Assembly: GCF_001194135.2 (NCBI RefSeq)
Contig: NC_068990.1
Span: 63,836,338-63,900,337 of the forward strand
Direction of reading: 5' to 3'
Source of the DNA: Octopus bimaculoides
Taxonomy: Eukaryota
Length of the DNA: 64,000 nucleotides
The notes beneath the pieces were generated by a model. It searched no databases. It had not been told where the DNA came from and was given only the letters and a program-made list of their open reading frames with translations. Below are positions 1-13,200 of this stretch, piece by piece (within the stretch, counting starts at the first letter, position 1; every line of letters starts with the position of its first letter). The translations under genes and the position numbers were made by a program.

Positions 1-3000
1 CATATTTGCGAGTGAGTACATACATAATACATTTCTTCCAGCTGAGTTAAATTTTAATGACAAGAATGAAATTTCACATTTATCAATTTTCTCAATAGTA
101 TTCTACAGGACACTGTAGTAAAGGGATATAACATATGAGAGATTCACTGTACATTTTAGTAATGCAGAATTTTACTCCTTAATCTAAATACTGTGAGATA
201 CTGCAATTGTGAACTGCTGTTCAGGACATCTGAATACTACCTGAACGTTCACTTTTTTAACACTGACCACATATGGCAGTTAATGAGGGTTCCAGACACT
301 TTGAGTAAATTATTAGACTTCTTGGATTGCAGGTATTTTGATGTGTCTTTAAATAAGATACTTCTGCTTGTCTTGGTCTACCTTTTTAAAATGAATATAT
401 GCATCAGACTGACTGAAGAAACTTATATGTGATACTCTGATAGACCGTACTATAGAATATAAATATTGCTATTGATCTATTGGTTTTAGCTAATACTGTA
501 TGTGACAATCAGATTGTCTTTATACACATTTCATCTGTAGATAGAAAAGTGGGATCAGCTGGATTACTTTCAATTGTATGAGAGGATTTCATCTACAATT
601 GAGTACCCTCTTTAATCAGGTGTAAAGACAAAGTTGTTTCTTACATACAATGTTGGCTAAAATCTATACATATATCATGTTTTACAGAATATCATTGAAA
701 CAAAATGAAATTACAACACCAGTAATTTATTATTAAAAAAATTGCAAAGAATGCATTATATATGCAAATTGGTTTATTCAGTGTAATCAAAATCCTAAAT
801 AATATTGGGTTTCCATGGACAGTGAAAGAGACTAATTGTTTACTAATGAAATCTCAACAAAAGATTTAAACTCGTTCACTCTTTCTCTTCTTTCTGTCCA
901 CAAGGATATTATATATAAAACCAGAGGTGTTTACATCTTTCTATTACATAGCATTGTATACAAATCTATAGATATATATTCTATAATATTGAAACAAAAT
1001 ACTGTTCCTGCACCAATAATTTACTAATATTTTTCCTTGAGTTAGAAGTTTTATCTATTATCTATTGAATACATTGGTGTTCGACATGTTTCTCAGAACT
1101 TCTATCTCAAGAATGATTTTTATTGTAATACTGGTATTTAGCATTACTAACTCATGCCACTGTATTCACCATTTTTGCTAACATTCTACTCTTCATGTTT
1201 ATTCTTTATTTCTGAAATAGTCAAAGTCTCAGGATTGGCTTATAAGTATAATTTGGAAAATGTAGAGCTGGCTCATGAAGCCAATCTGGACCACTTGCAG
1301 AGCATGTATGGGAATTTGTGGTACTTGGGTTACTGGTGGCTATAAATTTGTGAAATGAATGCTTTACAGAAGCATTCTTTAGTCTTTCAGATGTTTGGGT
1401 ACCAATGTGGGCCAAACTGATTATGTTGATTTGGGGACAGAAATCTTCAAGAGTTAATCACAAAGTTGAAGCCTTTTAGAGATACTTTTTGGCCATCCTT
1501 AAACTTTTTCTTTTTCCAACAGCAGACTTTCCTCAACACATTTTTATCATAGATGCAAACTCTGTCAGGGAAAATATACTGTTGTGAGGAAAAGTAAAAG
1601 GTTGAATGTTTGCTTAAGTAAACATCAGCTTCAAAATCATTATCATCATCATCATCATTTAATGTCTACTTACCATGCTGACCTGGGCTGGACAGTGTTT
1701 GACATAGAGCTAGTTAGCAGGGAGCTGTCCAGACTCCAACTGTCTGTTGTGACATGGTTTCTACGATTGGATGCTTTTTCTAATGCCAACCACCTAACAG
1801 AATGTTTCGGGTGCTTCTTACATGCCACTGGCGTGAGTACATTTACACAGCACCGGCACAGGTGTGTTAATGTAGCACCAGCACAGGTGCTTTTTGAATA
1901 GCACTGGTACTTGAAAGGGCAAGCCTATGAGTGTGGAAGACAGCAATTCTACAATTCTCCCTATAAGGTTCAAATCCTCCATTTTTTCCAGTTATGTCTT
2001 AGAGGAAGAAGAAAGACATTACTCATTATGTCTTAGAGGAAGAAGACATTAGTCAGATCATTTGACTAATGAACCAAATATCCTTAACAATAAGTTGCAC
2101 AATGTCTGAATTGGCTGAGCACTGATCTTCTAGTCCATGAGTTCAATTTGCAGACTTTGTATTGTTTGTTTTGGATAAAGAATTTAATAAATGTCATGCA
2201 GTTCAGTGCTTGTTGATGTTTTCCACCCTGGACTAACACTACTAACAAAACTGATAGAGTGGAGACTTTAGTACCAGATCAAAGCAGACCAGACCAGACA
2301 GTGCCAGGATAACTTGCCTGAGCTTGTGCAGAGAAAGACGTGTGTAGCATTGGCAAGACAGAAAGTCATTAATCAACAATGGCCATATTACATTGTCAAT
2401 GACAGGTAATGAGCATGTTCAGATTTTTTTTCTTTCAGGTATGATAGCATATTAATGATGTAACCTTATAGAGCTTATAAAAATTTGTGAATATATGCAC
2501 ACATGCACATGCAAATTTCTTAATAAATGAAAAATATCTACTTCATTATTAGGAATATATAAAGACGATAAACTAACAGAATTGTTTATGTTGGATAAAA
2601 TACTATTGGATAAAATATTTTGTGGTATTTCTTCTGGCTCTTCATATTCTGAGTTCAAATCCCGCTGTAGCCAACATTGCCTTTCATCATCCTGGGGTCA
2701 ATAAAATACACACCAGTCATGTGCAAAAGTTGATATAATCAACTTCTTTACCAAAAACAAAAAAGATTCTCATCATGTGCCTGTATTAAAAACAACTTTT
2801 AGGAATATGTAAAAGATTTGCTAAGGGTAAGCTAATACACTTAGTTTGTGAGTCAAAAGGGAATTTTGATAAACTGAAATGAAATTTATAATGGAAGGAA
2901 AAGGCATTAGTGACAATGGCATTTTTTTCCCAAAGAAGACAAAGGAGAAAACTTTGAAATTTAAATTGATCAAAAATTAATTGGAGGCATGCAGCAAAGA

Positions 3001-3151
3001 ATTAGTCTGATATTTGGTATCTTTGCATATCATTAAGTCCAATGTCTAGGATGCACCTAGCTATATCTAAAAGAAACACANNNNNNNNNNNNNNNNNNNN
3101 NNNNNNNNNNNNNNNNNNNNNNNNNNNNNNNNNNNNNNNNNNNNNNNNNNN

Positions 3152-3202
<51 letters not shown>

Positions 3203-4072
3203 AATGTATGCATGTTTTTACCTGTATGTTTTACATGTGTGCATGTTTGAAGATTAATGCAGGATTGAGGAAAGAATCCATTTTTAAATGTAAAAGTATG
3301 AATTCAGATAAAAGAACATATGGAGGAAATATATATTGATTTTCTTCCATATGTCCTTATTTGCATTCCTATATCGTTTATGCTACATAGCACCTTGGGC
3401 AAGTATCTTTTATTATAGCCCAGAACCAATCAGTAACTTAGGAATGAATTTGGTTGATGGAAACTACAAGAGATCTATCATATGTGTGTATGTAAGCAAG
3501 AGAGAGAGGGAGTGTGCATAACAATTGATATTCTAAGCATATCACTGCTGGAGCAAAAATAATAATGATGTTGGCATTCCTTGCTGACATAAACAGTTGC
3601 TCTGTGCTTTGAAGGACATTGGTATAAAAAGTCCTTTACTTAAAAAAAACAGGTATGTAATAAGAGGGACATCTAACCATAAAATCGTTCCTTGCATAAC
3701 TCTGAAATTAGTTTTGTGGAACTCAGTTCATGGCGATGTAAGAAGAGGAATTGATTGTCACTTTTACATAGACAACTTGATTGCAGACACAGTCCTGAAA
3801 TGTATCCAGAACCTTCAGGCAGCAATGATGGACTGAGAAGAAGTGTGATAGGTGGAATTTGTTGCTACAGTCTTGGTTGGAACCCATCCATAATAATAAT
3901 AATCATATAACTCTCTTTTCCAACCTATAGTTGAATGGAAAAAGTAATGTTAAGATGAAGGAATGAGTGACTGTTGAATTATGGTAAAAGTAAGAGATGT
4001 TTGCTGGTGTGATATTTTTTTTTTTTGCTTTTTGATCTAAATATTTTTCATATTGTGTTTTTTTATTAACAG

Positions 4073-4159
4073 CGAGATAGTTTATATAATAAAAATGAGT
4101 CTGGCAGCCAACATCAACAGACATGTAAAAAACTGAGTATTTTAACAGGAAGTACAGAG
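4073..4159 (+). CDS. DNAH5: Dynein heavy chain exon (first traced; [29 protein letters not shown])
   Basis: ttttattaacAG acceptor, GTGAGA donor, phase 0/0. [20 protein letters not shown] aligns without gaps to DNAH5 [21 protein letters not shown]. Confidence 0.7.
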
Positions 4160-7100
4160 GTGAGATGTTTGATTTTCTTAGAAATTAAACAATGGAAATT
4201 AACATATTACACTAGCTAGTTATCTTTTTTATTGCATCTATATTTTTAGAACAGCTTGTGGTTGTATGATTTTGCAAGTTTCAGGTGGCTGCATAAACTG
4301 TCTCATGTTTTACAGCTAAATGAATACATGATAGAGTTTATATCACTGGTGGTATGAGTGTGGGTGAGTGATAGACATTATTTTAGTTGTTATTATCATT
4401 GGCAAGAGAGTAGCTTAGAAAAGTTCATAAAAGCTTCAAATAGAATGTCTTGCAGGATTCATTTTGGCTCTACTATCTTAAAAATAAAAGAAGATGGAAT
4501 GGTTATAACTGGAAAATTTTTTAGCATAGACCCTCCCAGAAATGCTTAAACTGGGGTGAAACTGTATTAGAATATAAGATCCATCTTTTGGTAATTTGTG
4601 GTCAGCCATTGGACACATTTGCTTGAAAAATTAAAGTTACTGTGTGAGTTATATTCTGTATATATTAAACATTATTTTAAAATTTTCTGTCTAGAACTTT
4701 TTCACTGTTCTTCTCCACCTCTCTCATCTTCATACTTGGTTAATTATATCTTTATTATAGCACGTCAATGGCATCTGTTGCTATTTCTTGAAGACTTTCC
4801 ACAAAGCTGTCACAGATAGTAACATATCTCAGAACGTGTCATTTGGAGTGTTGGATTGCCGGAAAGAGAAAATATTACCAGGAATTGGAGAACACCTGAA
4901 TAAGATAATTCTTGATTCCTTAAAGTCTCTTGAGGTATACCAAAATCTTTGACTCAAGATCAAAATGTTAAGGCATTATCGAAGACAGAAATTTATTCAT
5001 TTTTGTAATTTTAAGCTGTGTACTTATCCTTTATAAAAAAAACATCTGGTAACAATTTTTATGCCATTTTAAATCCCACTAAAAAGGAAGACAAATTACT
5101 TTTTACCTCTTTGCACACTGATTAATAATTTCACCAAAAAAATCTTTGAATTAGCCAATTTATTTTAATGTTTTATTTTAATGCATCATGATGTTGTTGA
5201 ATTAGTTTATTTTTTTATTGATGTTTTTAAACACCACAGTGTGTTTATTCTTAATTGTATCTATTTCTGCTAAATTAACATCAGCAAAATATTGATATAT
5301 TGTTCAATAAAAAAAAATGTCAGTGAAATATTGGAGTTGGATCAATTAACCATATATTTACAAAACAAAAAGAGTGTAGTCGTAACTAAGGTGTGGTAGA
5401 AACATGATGGTCAGTTCTCGGCATACAGAGCTAATAATCCTGTTTCAATTCCCAGTTGAAATTATTTCTTATTCTATTTATAATAAAGAGATTTATAGTA
5501 TGTTAAAAAAACAAGCTGAATAAAGAAGGAACTTTTCAGTATCAAAAGCATTATCTGATGGAAGCAAGAGAGAGATAAAGTGATGTCTATATGGATGTTT
5601 AGTTAAAAATATAATTTACAGCAATTGAAGAAATAGTGAAAATCGAACACATATACACAAGGTATGTGTGTTGTTAGTTTGTGGGTCAGCTGTGGTCTTT
5701 AGGCATAAGAGAATATATTTTCTATGTGCCTGGTGTAAAAACCATCTGAAAGTAAGTCATAGTCAAGTGAAACAACTCATATAGGTCCCTTTTCGGAACA
5801 ACAAACATTAATGTTTCATCATTGTTGTAATCTATCAATGTTGCATACCAAACAAGGTCTGCTACAAGCCACATTGCCGACTATGACTATGTTAAATGGT
5901 TTAAACACTATCTGCTGGCATGGCCCAATGTTTTATGCCATGAAAAAAATTCAAATATGAATTTGACACAGTTTAAGGTATATAAACAAAATTGAACCCA
6001 CATTCTTCGTGTATGTGTGTTCAATTTTGTTTATCTACCTGGAGCTGCTTCTAATTTATATTTGAAGAAATAGTGTTGTAGTTATAATGGTAAAGGAGGG
6101 ATGGGTGTTGCAAAGATGAGTTACTGGAAAGGCTTGAGATGTAGAGGTTGGGTGTAAGGACATTGATATTAATGGTATGCTTTTATGACCTCAGTTTAAC
6201 TGAAATAGGTCTTCTCAAGCACGATCTCAGTCCTTTGTCATCTCCACTGTGGGGCTCAACAGTTTGAGATTTGTCTTCACTACTTGACCCCCACATCTTC
6301 CTGGATCTCCCTCTTCCATGAGTTCCATCCACATCCACATGCCTCACATGACATTACCAGTGCAAGCTTCTCTCTTGCATACAACATGTGATAGCTCTTA
6401 TTCCTTGATTTTTTTCTCTACATTTTGTCTTAAATGCACACTGACGTTATATTACAATATTTGATAATTATAATAATGATAGTAGTATTGATTCTGCTGC
6501 TGCTGCTGCTGCTGATGATGATGATAACGACGACGATGGTGGTGGTGGTGATAGTAGTTGTGGTAGTGGTGATGAGGATGATAAACTTCTATCAGTAATG
6601 GTTTATTTGCTTTGTAGTCTTGGGGATCCCTCTCAAATGGAAATGGACCAGAAACCAAAGTAGGAGAGTTTTTAGAACAACTTGAACGATTTTCTGGAAG
6701 TGTGAACAGTTCCATAAATGTTTTGGAAGGACAGCTGGCTTTAGTAGAAAATGGATATGGTCAGTTGATAAGTGGCTTGGACTGCCCTCAAGACTACCAA
6801 GCTGCAGGTATATTTGGCTATTGCTTTTGCTATACAATTATGTGGTGATGGTGAGAAGTTCATTTTGCTATCACAGAATTTTGGGTTCAGTCCCACTGCA
6901 GTACATTTTGGGCATGTTTCTTTTGTAGTCTCAGATTTTCCTGTTTTGTGAGCGGAATTGATAAGTAGAAACTGTGCAGAAGCCTGTTCTGTGTATGTGT
7001 GTGTATGCATATGTGTGTGTGTGTGTGTGTGTATGTGTACATATATATATGTATATATACTGTTATTATTATTATTTAAAACAGTTTGATTCAGTTCCGT

Positions 7101-7226
7101 GTTACAACTTCCAGTTTTGTGGGCCCCTAACAGAAGCCCAACTCTTTCAGGCTTCTGTTTTAAATTATACATGTAACTCCTACTAAATGTATTGAATGTC
7201 CTTTTCTTTCATTTTTCCACTCACTA

Positions 7227-7284
<58 letters not shown>

Positions 7285-10200
7285 TGAGTAAATAATCCCG
7301 TTTTTGTCAGCAATTTAGATCAGAGTTTTGGCTGTTATTTCCAGCAGGTAGACATACCTGGTATGTCCTTTGATATATATATACAAATGATCAGAAAATG
7401 GAGAAAACCTCAGATTAACAAGCACATCAATTGGACTACATTTATAGCTCATTTTTTAATACAAAGCATGACATAACAAATAGGTGGTGTAACATATCTA
7501 CATCACCAAGTGATACTAAAGAACATCTCACCATACACTACACTTTGAATTCGATTACAATGAATTTGGAGTTGTTGGTTAAATGACACCAAAATACTTA
7601 TATTTATGTTTATGTATTTGTTATGCAAGATTCTTGATGTGAAATTGTGTGTTGAAATGGATATTGTTGTAGTGCATATGTTTAATTGGCAAAATATGAC
7701 CATCCCCAATTATAACAATATTTATATTTAGTTTCTTTTGTTTGTTTGTTTTTTTTTCTAATTTACAAAGTTACTAGTAACTATGTGTTTAATTATTTTT
7801 CTAAATACTAAGACCTTAGATAACACACATTAAATAAATAACAGCTACTAAACCATTTTACTTTTGGTTGGCCATCTGATCTAGAAAACTTCTAACCCTT
7901 TATGTAATCATAACAAAATAAGTGTCTTTAATCACTTCTGTAGGCCCAGACACTTAAAAATAAATTTGAAGAGAAAAATGAATACAAGGTTGTTGAACAT
8001 CAATTGAGACTAGAATCTCTGTTCACTGTAACCATTATGAAAACCTTCAGATTTAGCAAAGAACTATAGATTGAATCATGAACTGGATTTAAATTAATGT
8101 ACTCAAGAACATCCGTTCAGTGCTTAAATAACATTAAACTGTAATAGCAAACAGCTTAATAATCTAACTAACATAATTGCTTAATAAACTAACCAGCAAC
8201 TAATAATCAATTCATTTTGTTTCCCTTCTGTTTTTTTTTTTTTGTTTTTTGTTTTTATTAAACTTTACTAGCTGGCAATTCTGAGTCTGTTGATAAGTTT
8301 GAAGAGCTTTTGGGTATCTGGGCAAACCAAATTGAACAAGTATTAGCTGAAAGTGAACAAATGAGACGAGAAGCTGATGACATAGGACCAACTGCTGAGC
8401 TTATTCACTGGAAGAATAGGATGTCAAAATTCAACAAGTAATCAAACTTAAATTTCCTTTTATTTATCAATATGTCCATTTTTTTTTTTTTTTTTACCTT
8501 ACTGAAATGATTCTCTTAACTGCAAACTAAATATAGCATCTTATTAGAGTTGAACTTCTCTTTGATGAAGCTGTAAATTCAACTTTCCTAGACTATTGCT
8601 ATAAAAGACATAGAGTTGATGCTACAGTTATATTTTTTGGAGCAACCGTCAACTACTTTGCATTCAATAAAATTGTAAGTCAATCAGCAACATCTTTTGG
8701 CCAATGGTTTGCTTTTATGTTCCCTTACCATTTTTCTCTTCTAGTATTAATACTGCAATAACATTTTGCTCATATGAAATTACAGACATGTCTTTTTTGT
8801 TTTTATACTTCTACCATCTTTTTTACTCTGTATTTCCCACTGCAATACCTTACAACAGCATGTTAAATTATAAACACTAGTGTTTCAATTACCGATCACA
8901 TTTATGAAATATGTTCTACTTCTTATGTTTTCTCTTTAGTCTTTTGGAACAGATTAAAAGCAAGAAAGTGAAAACTGTGGTTGGTGTTTTACAAGCAGCA
9001 AAGTCTAAAAGTTTGAAAAGATGGAAAGAACTGGTAGGTATCATCATCATCATCATCATCGTTTAACGTCTGCTTTCCATGCTAGCATGGGTTGGACGAT
9101 TTGATTGAGGACTGGTGAACCAGATGGCTACACCAGGCTCCAATCTGATTTGGCAGTGTTTCTACAGCTGGATGCTCTTCCTAATGCCAACCACTCCAAG
9201 TGAAATTTAAGAAAAATATATTAGTTAACATTCAGTTTAGAAAGCTAATGTTTGATGAATACATTGAAGATATACATGGATTCAGGAAGAAGAAAAAGTT
9301 TTCTTTCTTGCTGAAGAAGGACTTTGTCTGAAATGTTGAAAAATCAAACTTTACATATTAATAATAAACACAATTTTTACTGATACAGACCACCATTAGC
9401 CACAATTTTTTTGACAAATTTTCCTATAGCTAAAATATCTTCAGCAAAATTTCTCTACAGCTGGGTTTCCACAAACCTTTGGTGCATTATATTTTGGATG
9501 ATGAAAAATTAAGTAATTTATTTTATAAGTCATATTTCTTTGACATAAATAAAGGTATTTAAAACAAATAAAAATGTCTCTCAAAGTACAAGGCTTGCTT
9601 AATGAAACAGTTCATTTTTAAGATAAAGTTCATTTTCTTGAGAGATTTTGTCGTACGGGATTACTAAGACATTTTCTTGTCATTAATTATTCCAGGATGG
9701 CCGTATTACTGATGCAGCAAATGAAGCAAAAGATAATGTGAAATACCTGTATACTCTGGAGAAATTCTTTGGATCTTTAATCAAGTGTAATCCGGTAAAT
9801 TTGAAAAATTTGAAAGCTGTTTATTGAAGAAATATTTTTTTTTTGTTTCTGTGTGGTGCATGAAAAGAGTGTATAATATATAGCTTAGGTTCACTCAGCT
9901 GGCAAAAATGAATAGGGCCTGTATTTCAAAGGACCATCCTTGTCACATCCCTGTGTCATACTGAATCTCCTTCAGAACTACATTAAAGGTATACATGTCT
10001 GTGGAGTGCTCAACCGCTTGCGCATTAATTCCATGAGCAAGGTATTCCATTGACTGGATCAACTGCAACCTTTGTCATCATAATCAAGAGAGTACCAGGT
10101 ATATATCTTCTTAAGTAGGCAGTATCTCCTTAAGTGAGTACTGCATTTCCTTGGGACAATGTGACTGCTGAAGTGAACTGCTGTTGTTTAACCCCAAGTC

Positions 10201-13200
10201 AGTTCTGACTGAGTAGATCAATGATCAAAGAATTTTGAAACATGATTGTAAAATCTTTTTATCAGGTATTAAGACAATACTATGCAATGTGTCCCTCCTT
10301 TTTCAAAAGTTTAGAGTGTAGTGAAAGTGATTTGGCTGCTATTTTAACAGGTTGCTCAGCACTGTGCTGAGGCAATCTCATAATCCATGAAATAAGGTGT
10401 CATTAGTGAAGGCATTCTTAAGTATATCTGGTTTTGTTATTACTTTATACTTCAGAATTCCCAACATTGTTACTTTTAATAATGTTTTATGATCTGGTTT
10501 CCAAGGCAATGCTATAGTGTAGAAATCACTGAAGACAAGATATAGAACCCTGAGAATGGAAATTGAATACATTTTGACATTGGGTAGAGACCCCCTTCGG
10601 TCAAGAACGACCATGAGATTGCACCTAGAAGGTTCCTCTCCAAGGCACAAGCTCAGCCAAGGTTGTTTATAGAAGGTCAGCAGTTGCCCATGCATACCAG
10701 CCTCCCCTCTCCATGCTACCTATATTATCCAAGGGAAAGGCAAAGGCTGATACAGCTTGGCACCAATAACACTGCAACTCATTTCTACAGCTGAGTGAAC
10801 TGGAGCAATGTGAAATAAAGTGTCTTGCTCAAGAACATAACTCAGAATCCAGTCTGGGAATTGAACTCACTACTCATGATTGGGAGTCCAACACTCTAAC
10901 CACTGAGCCATGCGCCTTTAGCGTAGTAAAGTATATTTGACGTAGTACATTTGGTGCATTGTACCTGTAGTAACACTATGAACATAACATCAGGAGGTAC
11001 TAAATTTTGCCATTGAAACATTTTCTTCTCATTCACAGGTAACAATTGTGGAACACATCCCCAGCCTCATTAATGCTGTTCGCATGATCTACTGTATTTC
11101 CCAGTATTATAATACTTCAGAGCGCATGACATCTCTATTTGTGAAAATAACCAATCAGATGATAGCAACATGTAAGGTGTACCTTTTGGGTGATGTCAGC
11201 AGAATATGGGACCACAAAAGGTAAATATCATCAACATCATCACCACCACCGCTGCTGCCATCATTAAGAACGTCTGGTGAAGTATCTCTTATATTATATT
11301 CTGAGTTCAAATTCTGCCAGGGTCAACGTTTTCTTTCATTCTTCTGAGTCAATAAAATAAAGTACCCCCCTCCCCAAAATTTGTGCCAGCATTGAAAATC
11401 GTTATTATAACTATAAATTTGTTATAATTCTACAATTCACAAAATATTTAAACAATTTTTTAATACAATTCCTAATAATATTTGATTATAAAAATATAAC
11501 CTGATTTTTTGAATGGCTAGGAGGGTCTATACTAGTAAAACTGGAATCAAAGGGGTCCACAAATAAAAAAAATAGATGAGAAGCACTGCTTTAGAGGATG
11601 ATAAAATAAGTAACAGTTAAATATTTAAATGAATTTCTTTATTTCATTTTTGCCACAAGTGCATTTATTTATCAAAAGTCTACCCAGAAGGTGATGGAAT
11701 ATTGTTCTTTTCATTAATGAAGAGCTTCAGAATATTTAAACATCTACGCAAGTTACTAGGTTAAAAGAAAAGAAGGTTTGTCCTTAGGCACTTTGTAGTG
11801 TTCAAATATTTTTGCAAGCATAATTTTGGCTTAGTTTGTTAGTGGTTTGATATGGCAACCTATGTAACAATGGGAAGAAGTGCTAACTACAACGGTAGCA
11901 GAATTAATGAACCCTCACTTAATTTTTACAAAATACATATCCAAGGTAAACACAAACTATTGTTAATTTGTAAGACACATCAAAACATCAAATAAGTACC
12001 TGCAGTATTTGTTTTGGCAGTTTGCTTTCTGAGCTGAAAACTGTGGCCTATTTGGCTGATAGACTTACTCCATTGCCAGGTTTAAAACCTCTGCTTTGTC
12101 TTAAACTAGGTTGTCCGGAAAGTTCTGAGCAGTTTTAAGCGAAATCTTTCAATACTTCATTGAACACACCTGAAATATAACACATGGATGAATGTGGCTG
12201 CATCATCTTTGATTTTAATTTGTTCAAAGTTAAAGCACATCTGACAGAATCGAATTCCAAATCCAAATATTTATTTTCATCCTCATTTGGTTTTCTTTTC
12301 AGAGAAGTTTTGATCCCAATGTTGAGGAATTGTATACATTTGAATGAAAAATACCAAGAACACTTCCAGAAGACCAAGCAGCGCTTGCAAGCCAATCCAG
12401 CTGAAAAACAATTTGAATTCAGGTATAAAATATGCATAAAATATTTAATTTATTAAATATTTTAGAATAACATTGAATGGAAAACTAAGAAGAAAGATAA
12501 CTGTAACTTTGGCTATGTTTCCTCTTCTGAGAATGGGCCTTTAAATATACTCATGCATTAGAGTGCCAACTCTAAGACAAAGTGTTTATTAATGATTGTA
12601 CAATGACAAAAGATCAATTCTTATTTTAGTAACACATCAAATAATGGTGCATGATGACCCTCACATATATGGAATATCTATCCAATGTCTCTGCCCAATA
12701 TTGTTGGATGGCAGAGTCTTCAGGCATCTCTTTCATCTGTTTTCAGAAGTAATTGTCTTTAGATTTTCAAACATGACCAACTGAGTCTATAGATATTATC
12801 TAACCATCTTGTTCTCGGTCTGCCTCTAGGTTCTCTACTGGTTGCTCACCTTGAAGAATCCATCTTGCCCTTCTTTCCTGTGATATTCTAATCCAGTCCA
12901 TAGTACCAGGGCTGTGACCTCTTAATGCAGAAAAGTAGTGACTCAGTCTGGAGAGACTCCCTGATCACTGAACTACACACTCCCTTGAGTAACATTACCC
13001 CCAGAAATCCTTCAGAAGAACTTCATTTTGGCCACTTGTATTCACAGTTACATTCTTTTGGTCATTTCATAATATTTATGATCATAGGTGAGAATAAGTA
13101 CACAAACCAAACTGGAATGGATGCAAGCATGGGCATAAGGTTAAGAAGTCTGTTTTGCAACTAAATGATTCCAAGTTTGATTCTGCAACACTGCACCTTG

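Noticed and set aside
541-660. IEKWDQL after a tgtAG acceptor, resembling DNAH5 IERIDQL; also SGVKTKLFLT near 620
   Set aside because: The frame ends in stops with no good donor and the similarity does not continue. It may be chance, so it is not called as an exon.
4149-4159. Apparent 11-nt microexon (ttttaacAG GAAGTACAGAG GTGAGA)
   Set aside because: It is better explained as the end of the 87-nt exon 4073-4159, whose upstream codons also align to the dynein.
12108-12145. TAGGTTGTCCGGAAAGTTC, resembling a mariner-MITE TIR upstream of exon 12303
   Set aside because: No matching second TIR was found, so an element cannot be delimited.
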